Shown here piece by piece: positions 51,605 to 60,309 of a DNA stretch of 64,000 nt. The DNA is taken from the NCBI GenBank assembly GCA_943371515.1, contig CALRVC020000006.1, positions 50,435 through 114,434 on the forward strand, in the 5' to 3' direction. How positions within the stretch are numbered: the first letter of the stretch is position 1; each line of letters begins with the position of its first letter. Position numbers and translations under genes: made by a program. The notes beneath the pieces are model-generated. The model was not told where the DNA came from. It ran no database searches and saw nothing but the letters and a program-made list of their open reading frames with translations. This DNA is from Synechococcus sp. UW140. Its GTDB lineage: Bacteria; Cyanobacteriota; Cyanobacteriia; PCC-6307; Cyanobiaceae.

Positions 51605-52375
51605 TCAGTCCCAGAGCCTGAGGGCGTCGTCGCGGGCGGAGAACCATTCCGCCGCCAGCGGGCCGCCCATGGTGCGCTGCTCCCGGAACCAGGGTCCCCC
51701 CAGGGTCCAGTGGAGCAGGGTTGGGCCTCCTTCGGCCACGGCTGCCGTCGGGGCGGCCTGCACATCCACCAGGTGGTTCCAGCGACCGTCGAGGGCACCG
51801 ATCTCATGGTCACCTGCCAGCCAGTGGAAGCGGTGCAGCTCCAGGCCGCTGGCGCTGTTGACGTAATCGGGGGTCAGGGCCTGGCAGCGGCCGCAGTTGA
51901 GCAGCATCAGGGAGCTCCAGTTCTTCTTCGGGTAGGCGCTCTGCACCTCGCCGAGGAATTTCACTGTTTCCGCAGGCACGTGCTCGTGCTGAACGCACAT
52001 CAGGGCATAGTCGTCGCTGCGCTCGGCCCAGAGCTCGGCGATATCACCGCGGCAGAGCATGTCGCAGTCCATGAAGACGGCCCAGCCCTGATAGCCCATC
52101 AGATGGGGCACCAGGAAGCGGGTGAAGGAGAAGGCCGTGCTCTGCTTCGGATCCTTCTCCCGGTGGTAGAGACCCTGCTGCTCCAGCTGGGGGGTCACCA
52201 GGGGTGTGATCGCCAGCGGTGCGCTGCTGTGCTGATAGAGGCTGTCGATCAGCACGGTGGTGGCGGCCCGCTCGCGCGGGTCGTAGCCAATGAAGATGGG
52301 GATCGGTGCCGGACCCCGCCGATCCGTTGCCGCGATCACGCTGGAATTGTCTGCGACAGGGGAGGGCTGTTCCAT
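51605..52375 (-). CDS. GT-A glycosyltransferase similar to plant CDI (GT8-like)
   Basis: IFIGYDPRE, STAFSFTRFLVP, FMDCDML, YPKKNWSS, LHRFHWL and HWTLGGPWF motifs. Confidence 0.82.
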   Translation of the reverse strand: MEQPSPVADNSSVIAATDRRGPAPIPIFIGYDPRERAATTVLIDSLYQHSSAPLAITPLVTPQLEQQGLYHREKDPKQSTAFSFTRFLVPHLMGYQGWAVFMDCDMLCRGDIAELWAERSDDYALMCVQHEHVPAETVKFLGEVQSAYPKKNWSSLMLLNCGRCQALTPDYVNSASGLELHRFHWLAGDHEIGALDGRWNHLVDVQAAPTAAVAEGGPTLLHWTLGGPWFREQRTMGGPLAAEWFSARDDALRLWD

Positions 52376-52479
52376 GGGGGCCAATCCTGCGGACATTGAT
52401 CAGGGGGTCAGAGTAAGAGCTGGACGTTGCTTGCCCGAGGCCGGCTCAGCCTCGTCTCGGCAGGGTCCTGACCGGAGGC

Positions 52480-54165
52480 TTAGCGCAGGTTTCCCTCTCG
52501 GCAGCGATTTCTGAAAGTGGCAAGCTTTCCAGCAACCACCTCACGCAAGTTGTCCGAGTTGGCATAGAGCAGGACGCAGGGTCCGGAACCGTCTTCCCGG
52601 CATCCCAGCCGACCCGATGGGGGCCCATAGGCGGCAAGAACGTCCTTGGCCTTGATGAGGCTTGGCTGTTCTTCATCGGCCCTCAGATACACGAAGCTGA
52701 AGGTCCCAAGCCGCTCACTGAGGGGTGCATCCAGAGGCTGAGCTGAGGCGGAAAGGAAGGCCTCCCGATTGTGCGCCCAGAGATCAGGCTCGCCATCGCT
52801 GTCGATGGGAAGCACCTCAACGCTGCCACGGGATACGGCCGTCAGATGGGCACCCCAGAAGTCGGACAAGCCTTTGTGATGTCCCAGGGAAGCCAACCGT
52901 TCCAGCATGACCACGTCGGCTGGGTCATACCGGCTCTGGAAGCGGGCGGCCAGAGGGGGTGACGCCACGCGCAAAAGGGCCCAGGCCATGGGCAGGGCAA
53001 GGAGAAGGGCCATGACGGCACCCAGGACTGACCTCCTCCTCGTCGTGGCCAGCGGGGAAGCCGGAGCGCCTGCGGCTGCGAAGACCAGCATCGCGATCAT
53101 GACAAGCAACAGCAGGGGCAGGGTGAGGAAATAGCGCGATGGAGTGTCGGGAAGGAACCAGCTGTAGGCATGGGGACTCAGGGCCGAAAGAGCCACGGCC
53201 AGGGCCACGGGCCCCAGGGATGTCGTGGCGCGAAACAGCAGGAGCAGACCCAAGGCTGTGGCCAGGAGAACAAGGGGCGAGTCCCGGTACTCCGCCAGCA
53301 GGTTGCTGTCAGGAAAGACGCCCAGGTTGAACTCGCATTGGAGATTGAAAGAGCGTGCGGCGATCACCCCAAGCAGGGCCGCCGCCAGCAGTGAAGCCAG
53401 CAAGGGGCCCATCTGGCCGCGCAGCCACCCCTGCACAGGGTCCGTGCGCCCGGCCTCCCGGCTCACCCCGGACGAGCTGAACAGGATCAGCACAAGCCCC
53501 ATCCCCACCGGAGCGACGGCCGTGAAGAGCAGCAGCACATTGGACAGGGTGCCGATGAAAGCCAGTGCCACAAGGGCGGCGGCAGCCAGGCGGGATCGCA
53601 GCGGCGACCGGCTCCTGACCATGAGGGCCATCAGGACCAGCAGCAGCAGCGTGTTGAACACGTTGCCGCCGTGGTGCACAGGTGTCTGCGTGAGCCCGAT
53701 GGCTTCTCGATAAAGCGGGCTGACCTGCACCAGGACGGAGGTTCCCAGCACTGTGACCATCCACGCCCACCAGCGGCTCAGAGGGGTTGTCAGAAAGATC
53801 AGCGCTCCCTGCAGAGCCAGCAGCAGGGACCCGATCAGGATGGAGTACCAGGCCAGAAGCAGCTCGATGGTTTCCGGGCCGTCCATCCATTGGAGCCCTA
53901 GCCCTGCCCGGAGGATCAGCAGATCCGGCAAGAAACTCGGGATCCTTGCCAGCCGAAGCTCCTGAAGGCTGTCCACCCGGCCATGGGTCAGCAGAAGCAA
54001 CTGGGCGATCGGTGCCGAGCTGTCCGTGTTGAGAACCACCTCGCCCTGATTCCAGGTTGCGAGGATGATCCCTCCCACCAACCAGGCCAGCAGGAACACC
54101 AGATCGGCGGCCGCCCGGGCTGCGATCACGGTGACATCGTCGCGGCTCAACGGCGTTCGCAGCAT
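52480..54165 (-). CDS. Multi-pass membrane protein, putative GT-C glycosyltransferase
   Basis: More than 10 TM segments, early NTDSS and SFLPDL motifs, soluble C-terminal domain with GLSDFW. Confidence 0.5.
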   Translation of the reverse strand: MLRTPLSRDDVTVIAARAAADLVFLLAWLVGGIILATWNQGEVVLNTDSSAPIAQLLLLTHGRVDSLQELRLARIPSFLPDLLILRAGLGLQWMDGPETIELLLAWYSILIGSLLLALQGALIFLTTPLSRWWAWMVTVLGTSVLVQVSPLYREAIGLTQTPVHHGGNVFNTLLLLVLMALMVRSRSPLRSRLAAAALVALAFIGTLSNVLLLFTAVAPVGMGLVLILFSSSGVSREAGRTDPVQGWLRGQMGPLLASLLAAALLGVIAARSFNLQCEFNLGVFPDSNLLAEYRDSPLVLLATALGLLLLFRATTSLGPVALAVALSALSPHAYSWFLPDTPSRYFLTLPLLLLVMIAMLVFAAAGAPASPLATTRRRSVLGAVMALLLALPMAWALLRVASPPLAARFQSRYDPADVVMLERLASLGHHKGLSDFWGAHLTAVSRGSVEVLPIDSDGEPDLWAHNREAFLSASAQPLDAPLSERLGTFSFVYLRADEEQPSLIKAKDVLAAYGPPSGRLGCREDGSGPCVLLYANSDNLREVVAGKLATFRNRCREGNLR

Positions 54166-54280
54166 GGACAGGAACGAGGCTTGGCTGTTCTCCCCCGAAC
54201 CAGCTGGGGCTCTGCTGAATAGCCCGGGAGTCGCCAGGGCAGGGCGTGAAACCCAGCCAGGCGTCGATACAGTAGGTGCA

Positions 54281-56674
54281 ATGAGCTTCCTCGCCGGCCT
54301 CAACGACGCGCAGCGCCGAGCGGTCGATCACCACAACGGCCCCCTGCTGGTGGTGGCCGGTGCCGGCAGCGGCAAGACCCGCGCCCTCACCCACCGGATC
54401 GCCCATCTGATCGGCCACCACGGCGTTGATCCCCACCAGCTGCTGGCCGTCACCTTCACCAACAAGGCGGCGCGGGAGATGAAGGAACGGCTGGAGCTGC
54501 TGCTGGCCCAGCGGCTGGCCGGCAGCCAGTTCGGCCAGCCCTTCAGCACCCTGCAGCCCCAACAGCAGCGGCAGCTACGCAACCGCATCTACCGGGAGGT
54601 CACCAAAGAGCTCTGGATCGGTACCTTCCACGCCCTGTTCGCGAGGCTGCTGCGCTTCGACATCGACAAGTACAAGGATCCCGAAGGCCTCACCTGGACC
54701 CGCCAGTTCTCGATCTACGACGAATCCGACGCCCAGACCCTGGTCAAGGAGATCGTCACCCAGGAGCTGGGTCTCGATCCCAAGCGCTTCGAGCCCAAGA
54801 AAGTGCGCTGGGCTATCAGCAATGCCAAGAATCAGGGCTGGCTGCCCGATGTGATGGAGGCGAAGGCCGAGGGGATGCGCGGCCGCAAGGAAGCCGAGGC
54901 CTACCGGCTCTACCGGCGTGCCCTCGCCGCCAACAACGCCCTCGACTTCGACGACCTGCTGTTGCTGCCCGTCCAACTGCTGCAGAGCAACGAGCAGGTG
55001 CGCCACTACTGGCACGGCCGCTTCCGCCATGTGCTGGTGGATGAATACCAGGACACCAACCGCACCCAGTACGACCTGATCAAGCTGTTGGTGACGGGCG
55101 GCCGCGATCCCGAGCACTTCGACGACTGGGGCCAGCGCTCGGTGTTCGTTGTGGGCGACGCCGACCAGAGCATCTACAGCTTCCGGGCGGCTGATTTCAC
55201 GATCCTGATGGGGTTCCAGGAGGACTTCGGCGACCGGGCTAGCGACGAGGCCACCCGCACGATGGTGAAGCTGGAGGAGAACTACCGCTCCACCGCCACG
55301 ATCCTGGAGGCGGCCAACGCCCTGATCGCCCACAACAGCGAACGCATCGACAAGGTGCTGCGCCCCACCCGCGGTGAAGGGGAACCGATCACCCTCACCC
55401 GCTGCGACGACGAGATCGCCGAGGCCGAGGCGGTGGTGCACCGCCTGCGCATGCTCGAGGCGGCCCACCCCGAGCTGAGCTGGGGCGACATGGCGATTCT
55501 CTATCGCACCAACGCCCAGAGCCGGGCGATGGAGGAATCGCTGGTGCGTTGGGGCATCCCCTACATCGTCGTGGGGGGTCTGCGCTTCTATGACCGGCGT
55601 GAGATCAAGGACGTGCTCGCGTACCTGCGCCTGCTGGTCAACCCGGCCGACAGCGTCAGCCTCCTGCGGGTGCTGAACGTGCCCCGGCGCGGCATCGGCA
55701 AGACCACTGTGCAGCGGCTCACCGATGCCGCCGCCCAGCTGGGGCTGCCGCTCTGGGAAGTGGTGAACGATGCGGAGGCGGTGCGCTCCCTGGCGGGTCG
55801 CTCCGCCAGGGGACTGCTGCAGTTCAGCGAACTGATCACGGATCTGAACCGCCGCATCCAGGACGCCCCCCCATCGGAACTGGTGCAGCGGGTGATGGAG
55901 CAGAGCGGCTACCTGGCCGAGCTGATCACCGAGGGCACCGATGAGGCCGAGGAACGCCGCCGCAACCTGCAGGAGCTGGTGAACGCCGCCCTGCAATACC
56001 AGGAGGAGAACGAGGAGGGCTCTTTGGAGGGTTTCTTGGCCTCCGCCGCCCTGGCCAGCGACGCCGACAGCAAGGACACCGAGCAGGACCGGGTCACCCT
56101 GATGACCCTGCACGCCAGCAAGGGCCTGGAGTTTCCCGTGGTGTGCCTGGTGGGACTGGAGCAGGGTCTCTTCCCCAGCTACCGCTCCCTGGAGGATCCC
56201 GCCGCCCTGGAGGAGGAGCGGCGCCTCTGCTACGTGGGCATCACCCGGGCCAAGGAGCGCCTGTTCCTCTCCCACGCCAGCGAGCGGCGCCTGTGGGGCG
56301 GCATGCGCGAGCCGGCGGTGCCGTCGGTGTTCCTCTCCGAGCTGCCGCCGGAGCTGGTGCAGGGAGACATCCCCCACAGCGGTGGCGCCGCCATTCGGCG
56401 GGAGCAGCGGCTGGATCGCCTCACCCGAATCGATCGAGAGGAGAGCCAGCGGGTGGCCGCCGGCGGCAGCGCCGCGGCCCCGACCAATGCCGTGCGCCGC
56501 CGGGCCCCAGCAAGGGCCTGGGCCATTGGCGATCAATTGCGCCACGCCAGCTTCGGCGACGGCACGATCACCCACCTGTTCGGCAGCGGCGAGAAGATCT
56601 CGATCGCGGTGAAGTTCGAGGGCATGGGCCCGAAGATCCTCGATCCGCGCCTGGCGCCGATCGAGCCCCTGTGA
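54281..56674 (+). CDS. pcrA: UvrD/PcrA DNA helicase
   Basis: AGAGSGKT, TFTNKAA, VDEYQDTN, VGDADQSIYSFR, LEENYRS, HASKGLEF and EERRLCYVGITRA motifs. Confidence 0.97.
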   Translation: MSFLAGLNDAQRRAVDHHNGPLLVVAGAGSGKTRALTHRIAHLIGHHGVDPHQLLAVTFTNKAAREMKERLELLLAQRLAGSQFGQPFSTLQPQQQRQLRNRIYREVTKELWIGTFHALFARLLRFDIDKYKDPEGLTWTRQFSIYDESDAQTLVKEIVTQELGLDPKRFEPKKVRWAISNAKNQGWLPDVMEAKAEGMRGRKEAEAYRLYRRALAANNALDFDDLLLLPVQLLQSNEQVRHYWHGRFRHVLVDEYQDTNRTQYDLIKLLVTGGRDPEHFDDWGQRSVFVVGDADQSIYSFRAADFTILMGFQEDFGDRASDEATRTMVKLEENYRSTATILEAANALIAHNSERIDKVLRPTRGEGEPITLTRCDDEIAEAEAVVHRLRMLEAAHPELSWGDMAILYRTNAQSRAMEESLVRWGIPYIVVGGLRFYDRREIKDVLAYLRLLVNPADSVSLLRVLNVPRRGIGKTTVQRLTDAAAQLGLPLWEVVNDAEAVRSLAGRSARGLLQFSELITDLNRRIQDAPPSELVQRVMEQSGYLAELITEGTDEAEERRRNLQELVNAALQYQEENEEGSLEGFLASAALASDADSKDTEQDRVTLMTLHASKGLEFPVVCLVGLEQGLFPSYRSLEDPAALEEERRLCYVGITRAKERLFLSHASERRLWGGMREPAVPSVFLSELPPELVQGDIPHSGGAAIRREQRLDRLTRIDREESQRVAAGGSAAAPTNAVRRRAPARAWAIGDQLRHASFGDGTITHLFGSGEKISIAVKFEGMGPKILDPRLAPIEPL

Positions 56675-57753
56675 GCACGGCTCCCAGGGTGCTGGTGCTC
56701 AGCGGAGGGCTGATCCATCTCGTCAACCAGCTGGCGGTGGTGCTGGAGCGGCCGGAGCTGCGTGGGGGTGCCACGGAGATCGCTCTGCTGCTCACCGGTG
56801 CCATCACCTGGGATCCCCTGCGACTGGCCGAGCAGCACGGGGCAATCGAGCGCTGGCTGGAGCGGCTGCGCCAGCTGGATCCTGAAGCCATGGCTCCGGT
56901 GCACCTCGTGCGGGAGCCGGAGGCCCTTGAGCCGGGCACCTACGACCTGGCCTGCCTCAACAACCAATGGCAGCAGGTGCAGCGGGACCCCTGCGAGCGG
57001 CTGGGGATCCCCACCTGGCTGATCTGCGGCGATGGCCTGGGCCTTTACTACCGCTGCGCCCGCGAGCTGAAGGCGATCCTGCCCAGCCTGCTCAACCGGC
57101 CGATCCCGGAGCCGGGCCGACGGGTGCACACTGTGCTAGAAGGCGCCCAACCGTGCTGGCATCGCCCCCACGGTCCGGTGGATCCTGTGCCGCTGGGCAC
57201 CCGCGTGCGACTGTTTGAAGCCCTGGTGGCCAGTTTCGATGCGGCCGGCCAGCCGTTCGTGGAGGCCTGTCTGACGGCCACCCTGCCAGACCGGCCCCTC
57301 TGGCTCTGCTCCCTCCCCAACCTGGCCCATCAGTTCCCAGGGGAGCGGCTGCCACCGGAGCTGCTCGGGGCCTGGATCGCCAAGCTGCCGGGCTTCGATC
57401 CGTCCCTGGATCGCCTGCTGCTGATCGAGCATCCGAAGGCACCGACCGCCGGCAGCTTCGGTCCCGAACCGCCCGCCGTGGTGGCCGCCGTGTTGCGCAG
57501 TGCGGTACCTGTGGAGGTGCTGGTGCGGACTCTGGAGCAGGCGGCACCCGGCCGGCGCCTGGTGGTGGCCGGCCTCACCTCGGCGCTCTATGGCGTGCGC
57601 AGCCTGAGCGGCGCCGAGGTGGTCTGGCTCAGCCTTCGGCCCCTGTGGACCCACAACCCCCGCTACCGGCGTCATCCCCTGGAATTCCTGCATCGTCTGG
57701 TGCGGATGCGGCGCATGGCCTGGCTGACCCGGCGGCTGGTGACCCCGTGCTGA
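56671..57753 (+). CDS. Hypothetical GT-B-like protein (polysialyltransferase-like motifs)
   Basis: N-terminal GLIHLVNQL, then ICGDGLGLYY and LIEHPK; GTGA overlap with the pcrA stop. Confidence 0.5.
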   Translation: MSTAPRVLVLSGGLIHLVNQLAVVLERPELRGGATEIALLLTGAITWDPLRLAEQHGAIERWLERLRQLDPEAMAPVHLVREPEALEPGTYDLACLNNQWQQVQRDPCERLGIPTWLICGDGLGLYYRCARELKAILPSLLNRPIPEPGRRVHTVLEGAQPCWHRPHGPVDPVPLGTRVRLFEALVASFDAAGQPFVEACLTATLPDRPLWLCSLPNLAHQFPGERLPPELLGAWIAKLPGFDPSLDRLLLIEHPKAPTAGSFGPEPPAVVAAVLRSAVPVEVLVRTLEQAAPGRRLVVAGLTSALYGVRSLSGAEVVWLSLRPLWTHNPRYRRHPLEFLHRLVRMRRMAWLTRRLVTPC

Positions 57754-59069
57754 TCCAGCTCGATCCCCCCCTGCGGCGGGCCCTGCAGCTGGTGCTGGAA
57801 GCCGCTGCCCCCCTGCCGGTGGCCCTGGTCGGCGGAGCCGTGCGGGATCTGCTGCTGCACCGGGTGCATCGAGATCCCTGGCTGGGCCTGCCCGATCTCG
57901 ATCTGGTGGTGGAGCAACAAGGGCCTGAAAACGGGCCGCCGGCCGCCCACCGCATCGCCCGCCAGCTGGCCGAGCGGCTGGGTTCCAGCCTGCGCCGCTG
58001 CCAGCTGCACGAGGAGTTCGGCACCGCCGAACTAGACATCGACGGGGTTCTGCTGGATCTGGCCACCGCCCGGCGTGAGTGGTACGAGGAACCTGGCGCC
58101 AATCCCAGCGTCTGCTATGGCTCCCTGGCGGATGACCTGGCGCGCCGCGATCTGAGCATCAACGCCATCGCCCTGCTGCTGGATGCCGAGCAGCTGGAGC
58201 GGGCCGAGGCAGCCCACGCCGATGCCCTCGAAAGCCAGCTGCTGGACCCCTTCGGCGGGCGGGAGGATCTGGCGGCCCGGCGCCTGCGTTTCCTGCACGG
58301 GCACAGCCTTCAGGACGATCCCACCCGGATCGTGCGGGCGGCCCGCTACAGCGCCCGGCTTGGCCTGGAGCTGGCCCCTGAGGCCCTGGCGCAGTGGCGC
58401 CGCACCCTCGCGGCCTGGCCCTGGCGCCGAGGTGAGGCAAAACCCAGTGCCAGCCCGGGGGTGCCCCCCTCCCTGGGCAGCCGCCTGCGCAAGGAGCTGG
58501 AGCTGCTGCTCGGACGCGAACCCTGGCCGCGGGCCCTGGAGCTGCTGCAGCGCTGGCAGGCCCTCGAGCTGCTGGATCCGGTCCTCCAGCACGACCGGAA
58601 CTGGCGACGACGGCTGCGCTGGGCCCAGCGGCTGCTGGCCCTGACGCAGTTACCCCCCTGGCCCCAGGAGCAGTGGTTGATGGTGGCTCTGCTGGCCCCC
58701 CTGGCGGATCCCCTGGCCCTGGCCGACCAGCTGCAGCTGCCTCACCGCAGTCAGCTGAGCCTGCGCGGGCTGGTGCGGCTGCGCCACTGGTTGGCGAGAC
58801 CCGACCTTGAGCCAGGCGTCAGCCCGGCTCAGCTGAGCCTGGCCCTGGAGCGGGGGGGGCTGACGCCGGAAGCGGTGATCCTCGCGCTGGTGAGCGGGCC
58901 GCCTGGTGTCTGGCGACGGGGACTGCTGCGCTGGTTGCTGCGCTGGCGCTGCCTGGCCTCCCCCACCAGCGCCCGGCAGCTGCTGGGAGCGGGGTATGCC
59001 GCAGGACCGGCCCTGGGGGAGAAGCTGCGCCAGTTGCGCGGTGAGCGCCTCGATCAGGAGCGCTGGTGA
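57747..59069 (+). CDS. Class II tRNA nucleotidyltransferase (probably A-adding type)
   Basis: VGGAVRD, DLDLVV, RRDLSINA, DPFGG..DL and DDPTRIVRAARY motifs. Confidence 0.9.
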   Translation: MLIQLDPPLRRALQLVLEAAAPLPVALVGGAVRDLLLHRVHRDPWLGLPDLDLVVEQQGPENGPPAAHRIARQLAERLGSSLRRCQLHEEFGTAELDIDGVLLDLATARREWYEEPGANPSVCYGSLADDLARRDLSINAIALLLDAEQLERAEAAHADALESQLLDPFGGREDLAARRLRFLHGHSLQDDPTRIVRAARYSARLGLELAPEALAQWRRTLAAWPWRRGEAKPSASPGVPPSLGSRLRKELELLLGREPWPRALELLQRWQALELLDPVLQHDRNWRRRLRWAQRLLALTQLPPWPQEQWLMVALLAPLADPLALADQLQLPHRSQLSLRGLVRLRHWLARPDLEPGVSPAQLSLALERGGLTPEAVILALVSGPPGVWRRGLLRWLLRWRCLASPTSARQLLGAGYAAGPALGEKLRQLRGERLDQERW

Positions 59070-59082
59070 GGCCTGGGCCGGA

Positions 59083-60309
59083 TCACCAGCGCACCTGCCA
59101 GGGCCAGCGATCAGGCACGCAGAGGAAGTCGTCGTTCTGGCCGCAATCCAGGCCGGCGGAAGGAAGGATGCGGCCCTCGAACCAATACTGGAACGTGACG
59201 TAGACCGCTGGGATCACACACCAGTGGGCCTCGTAGTGGTTGAGCCAGATCAGGAAGCTGATCAGCAGCAGGAAGGCGACGCTGTCGGCCAGGCGGCTGG
59301 TGACCTGGGGCAGCCACTGGTGGCTGACCGAGGCCTGTATCAGCAGGTAGGCCACCCCGAAGACCATCAGCAGCCGGGTCTGTTCACAGCGCAGCAACCG
59401 CAAGGGTGAGAGCCGCTTCTGGGCGCAGGCCAGCAGGACGCCCAGGGTCAGGGCGCGTTGCAGTCGGCCCACGATCCTGCGGATTGAATAATCACTGAAA
59501 TAGGCATCGAAGGAGTAGTCCTGCAGGCGCTGGAGGGCCGTGATCCCCACCAGGGTGATCAGGCCCCCACCAGCGAGCACCGACAGCAGAACCAGCCAGC
59601 GCCGCCAGCCGGCGAGCGACCAGACAGCTCGGCAGCGCCCGGCCGCCAGGGCCAGCGACTCCGGCAGGCGCATGGCCAGGGGGGTGAGGCTGATCAGCAG
59701 ATTCCAGACGATGGTGCTGTGGGTGAGTGCCGAGAGGATCACCCCCAGCCCCAGCCAGAGACGTTGGGGGCGAAACTGGCGGGCCGCCCAGAGCATCAGC
59801 GGCAGCAGCAGCAGCACCGCCAGGGCCTGACGGCTGTGGGCGTTCTGCATGAAACCCCGCAGCATCGGGCTGCAGCAGATCAGCAGACTCCACCAGCCGC
59901 CCCAGGCGGGCACACCCCAGGCCCGAGCCATCAGCAGCGGCGCTGCCGCATAACCAGCGGCCACCAGGCCATGCACGGCGGCCATGCGGTAGGGCAGCAG
60001 CAGCACCAGCGGCCGCAGCAGGCGCCAGAGGGGCTCCGGCGGTCCCCGCTCCGGATCTACAGCCATGTAATGGGAAAAGCGGGTGGTGTCGCTGTTGCCC
60101 CAGCTGGCCAGGGTGAAGAACACCAGCACCAGCAGCAGGAGCAGCACGGCGGCGCCCCACCAAAGGCGTGGCCTCCGGCAGGCCCCGGCCAGATGCATCA
60201 GCAGCGCCATCAGGACCTGGGCCAGGAACAGGGCAGCCATCAGACCCGGGGCCTGGGTGACCTGGTCGATCCGGAAGGGAGCCTCGAGCGGAAAGGCCGC
60301 AGACAGCAT
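59083..60309 (-). CDS. EpsG/Wzy-like polysaccharide polymerase, paralogue B
   Basis: About 10 TM segments; SRQALA, THST and TSRLAD motifs; paralogous to the upstream gene. Confidence 0.65.
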   Translation of the reverse strand: MLSAAFPLEAPFRIDQVTQAPGLMAALFLAQVLMALLMHLAGACRRPRLWWGAAVLLLLLVLVFFTLASWGNSDTTRFSHYMAVDPERGPPEPLWRLLRPLVLLLPYRMAAVHGLVAAGYAAAPLLMARAWGVPAWGGWWSLLICCSPMLRGFMQNAHSRQALAVLLLLPLMLWAARQFRPQRLWLGLGVILSALTHSTIVWNLLISLTPLAMRLPESLALAAGRCRAVWSLAGWRRWLVLLSVLAGGGLITLVGITALQRLQDYSFDAYFSDYSIRRIVGRLQRALTLGVLLACAQKRLSPLRLLRCEQTRLLMVFGVAYLLIQASVSHQWLPQVTSRLADSVAFLLLISFLIWLNHYEAHWCVIPAVYVTFQYWFEGRILPSAGLDCGQNDDFLCVPDRWPWQVRW

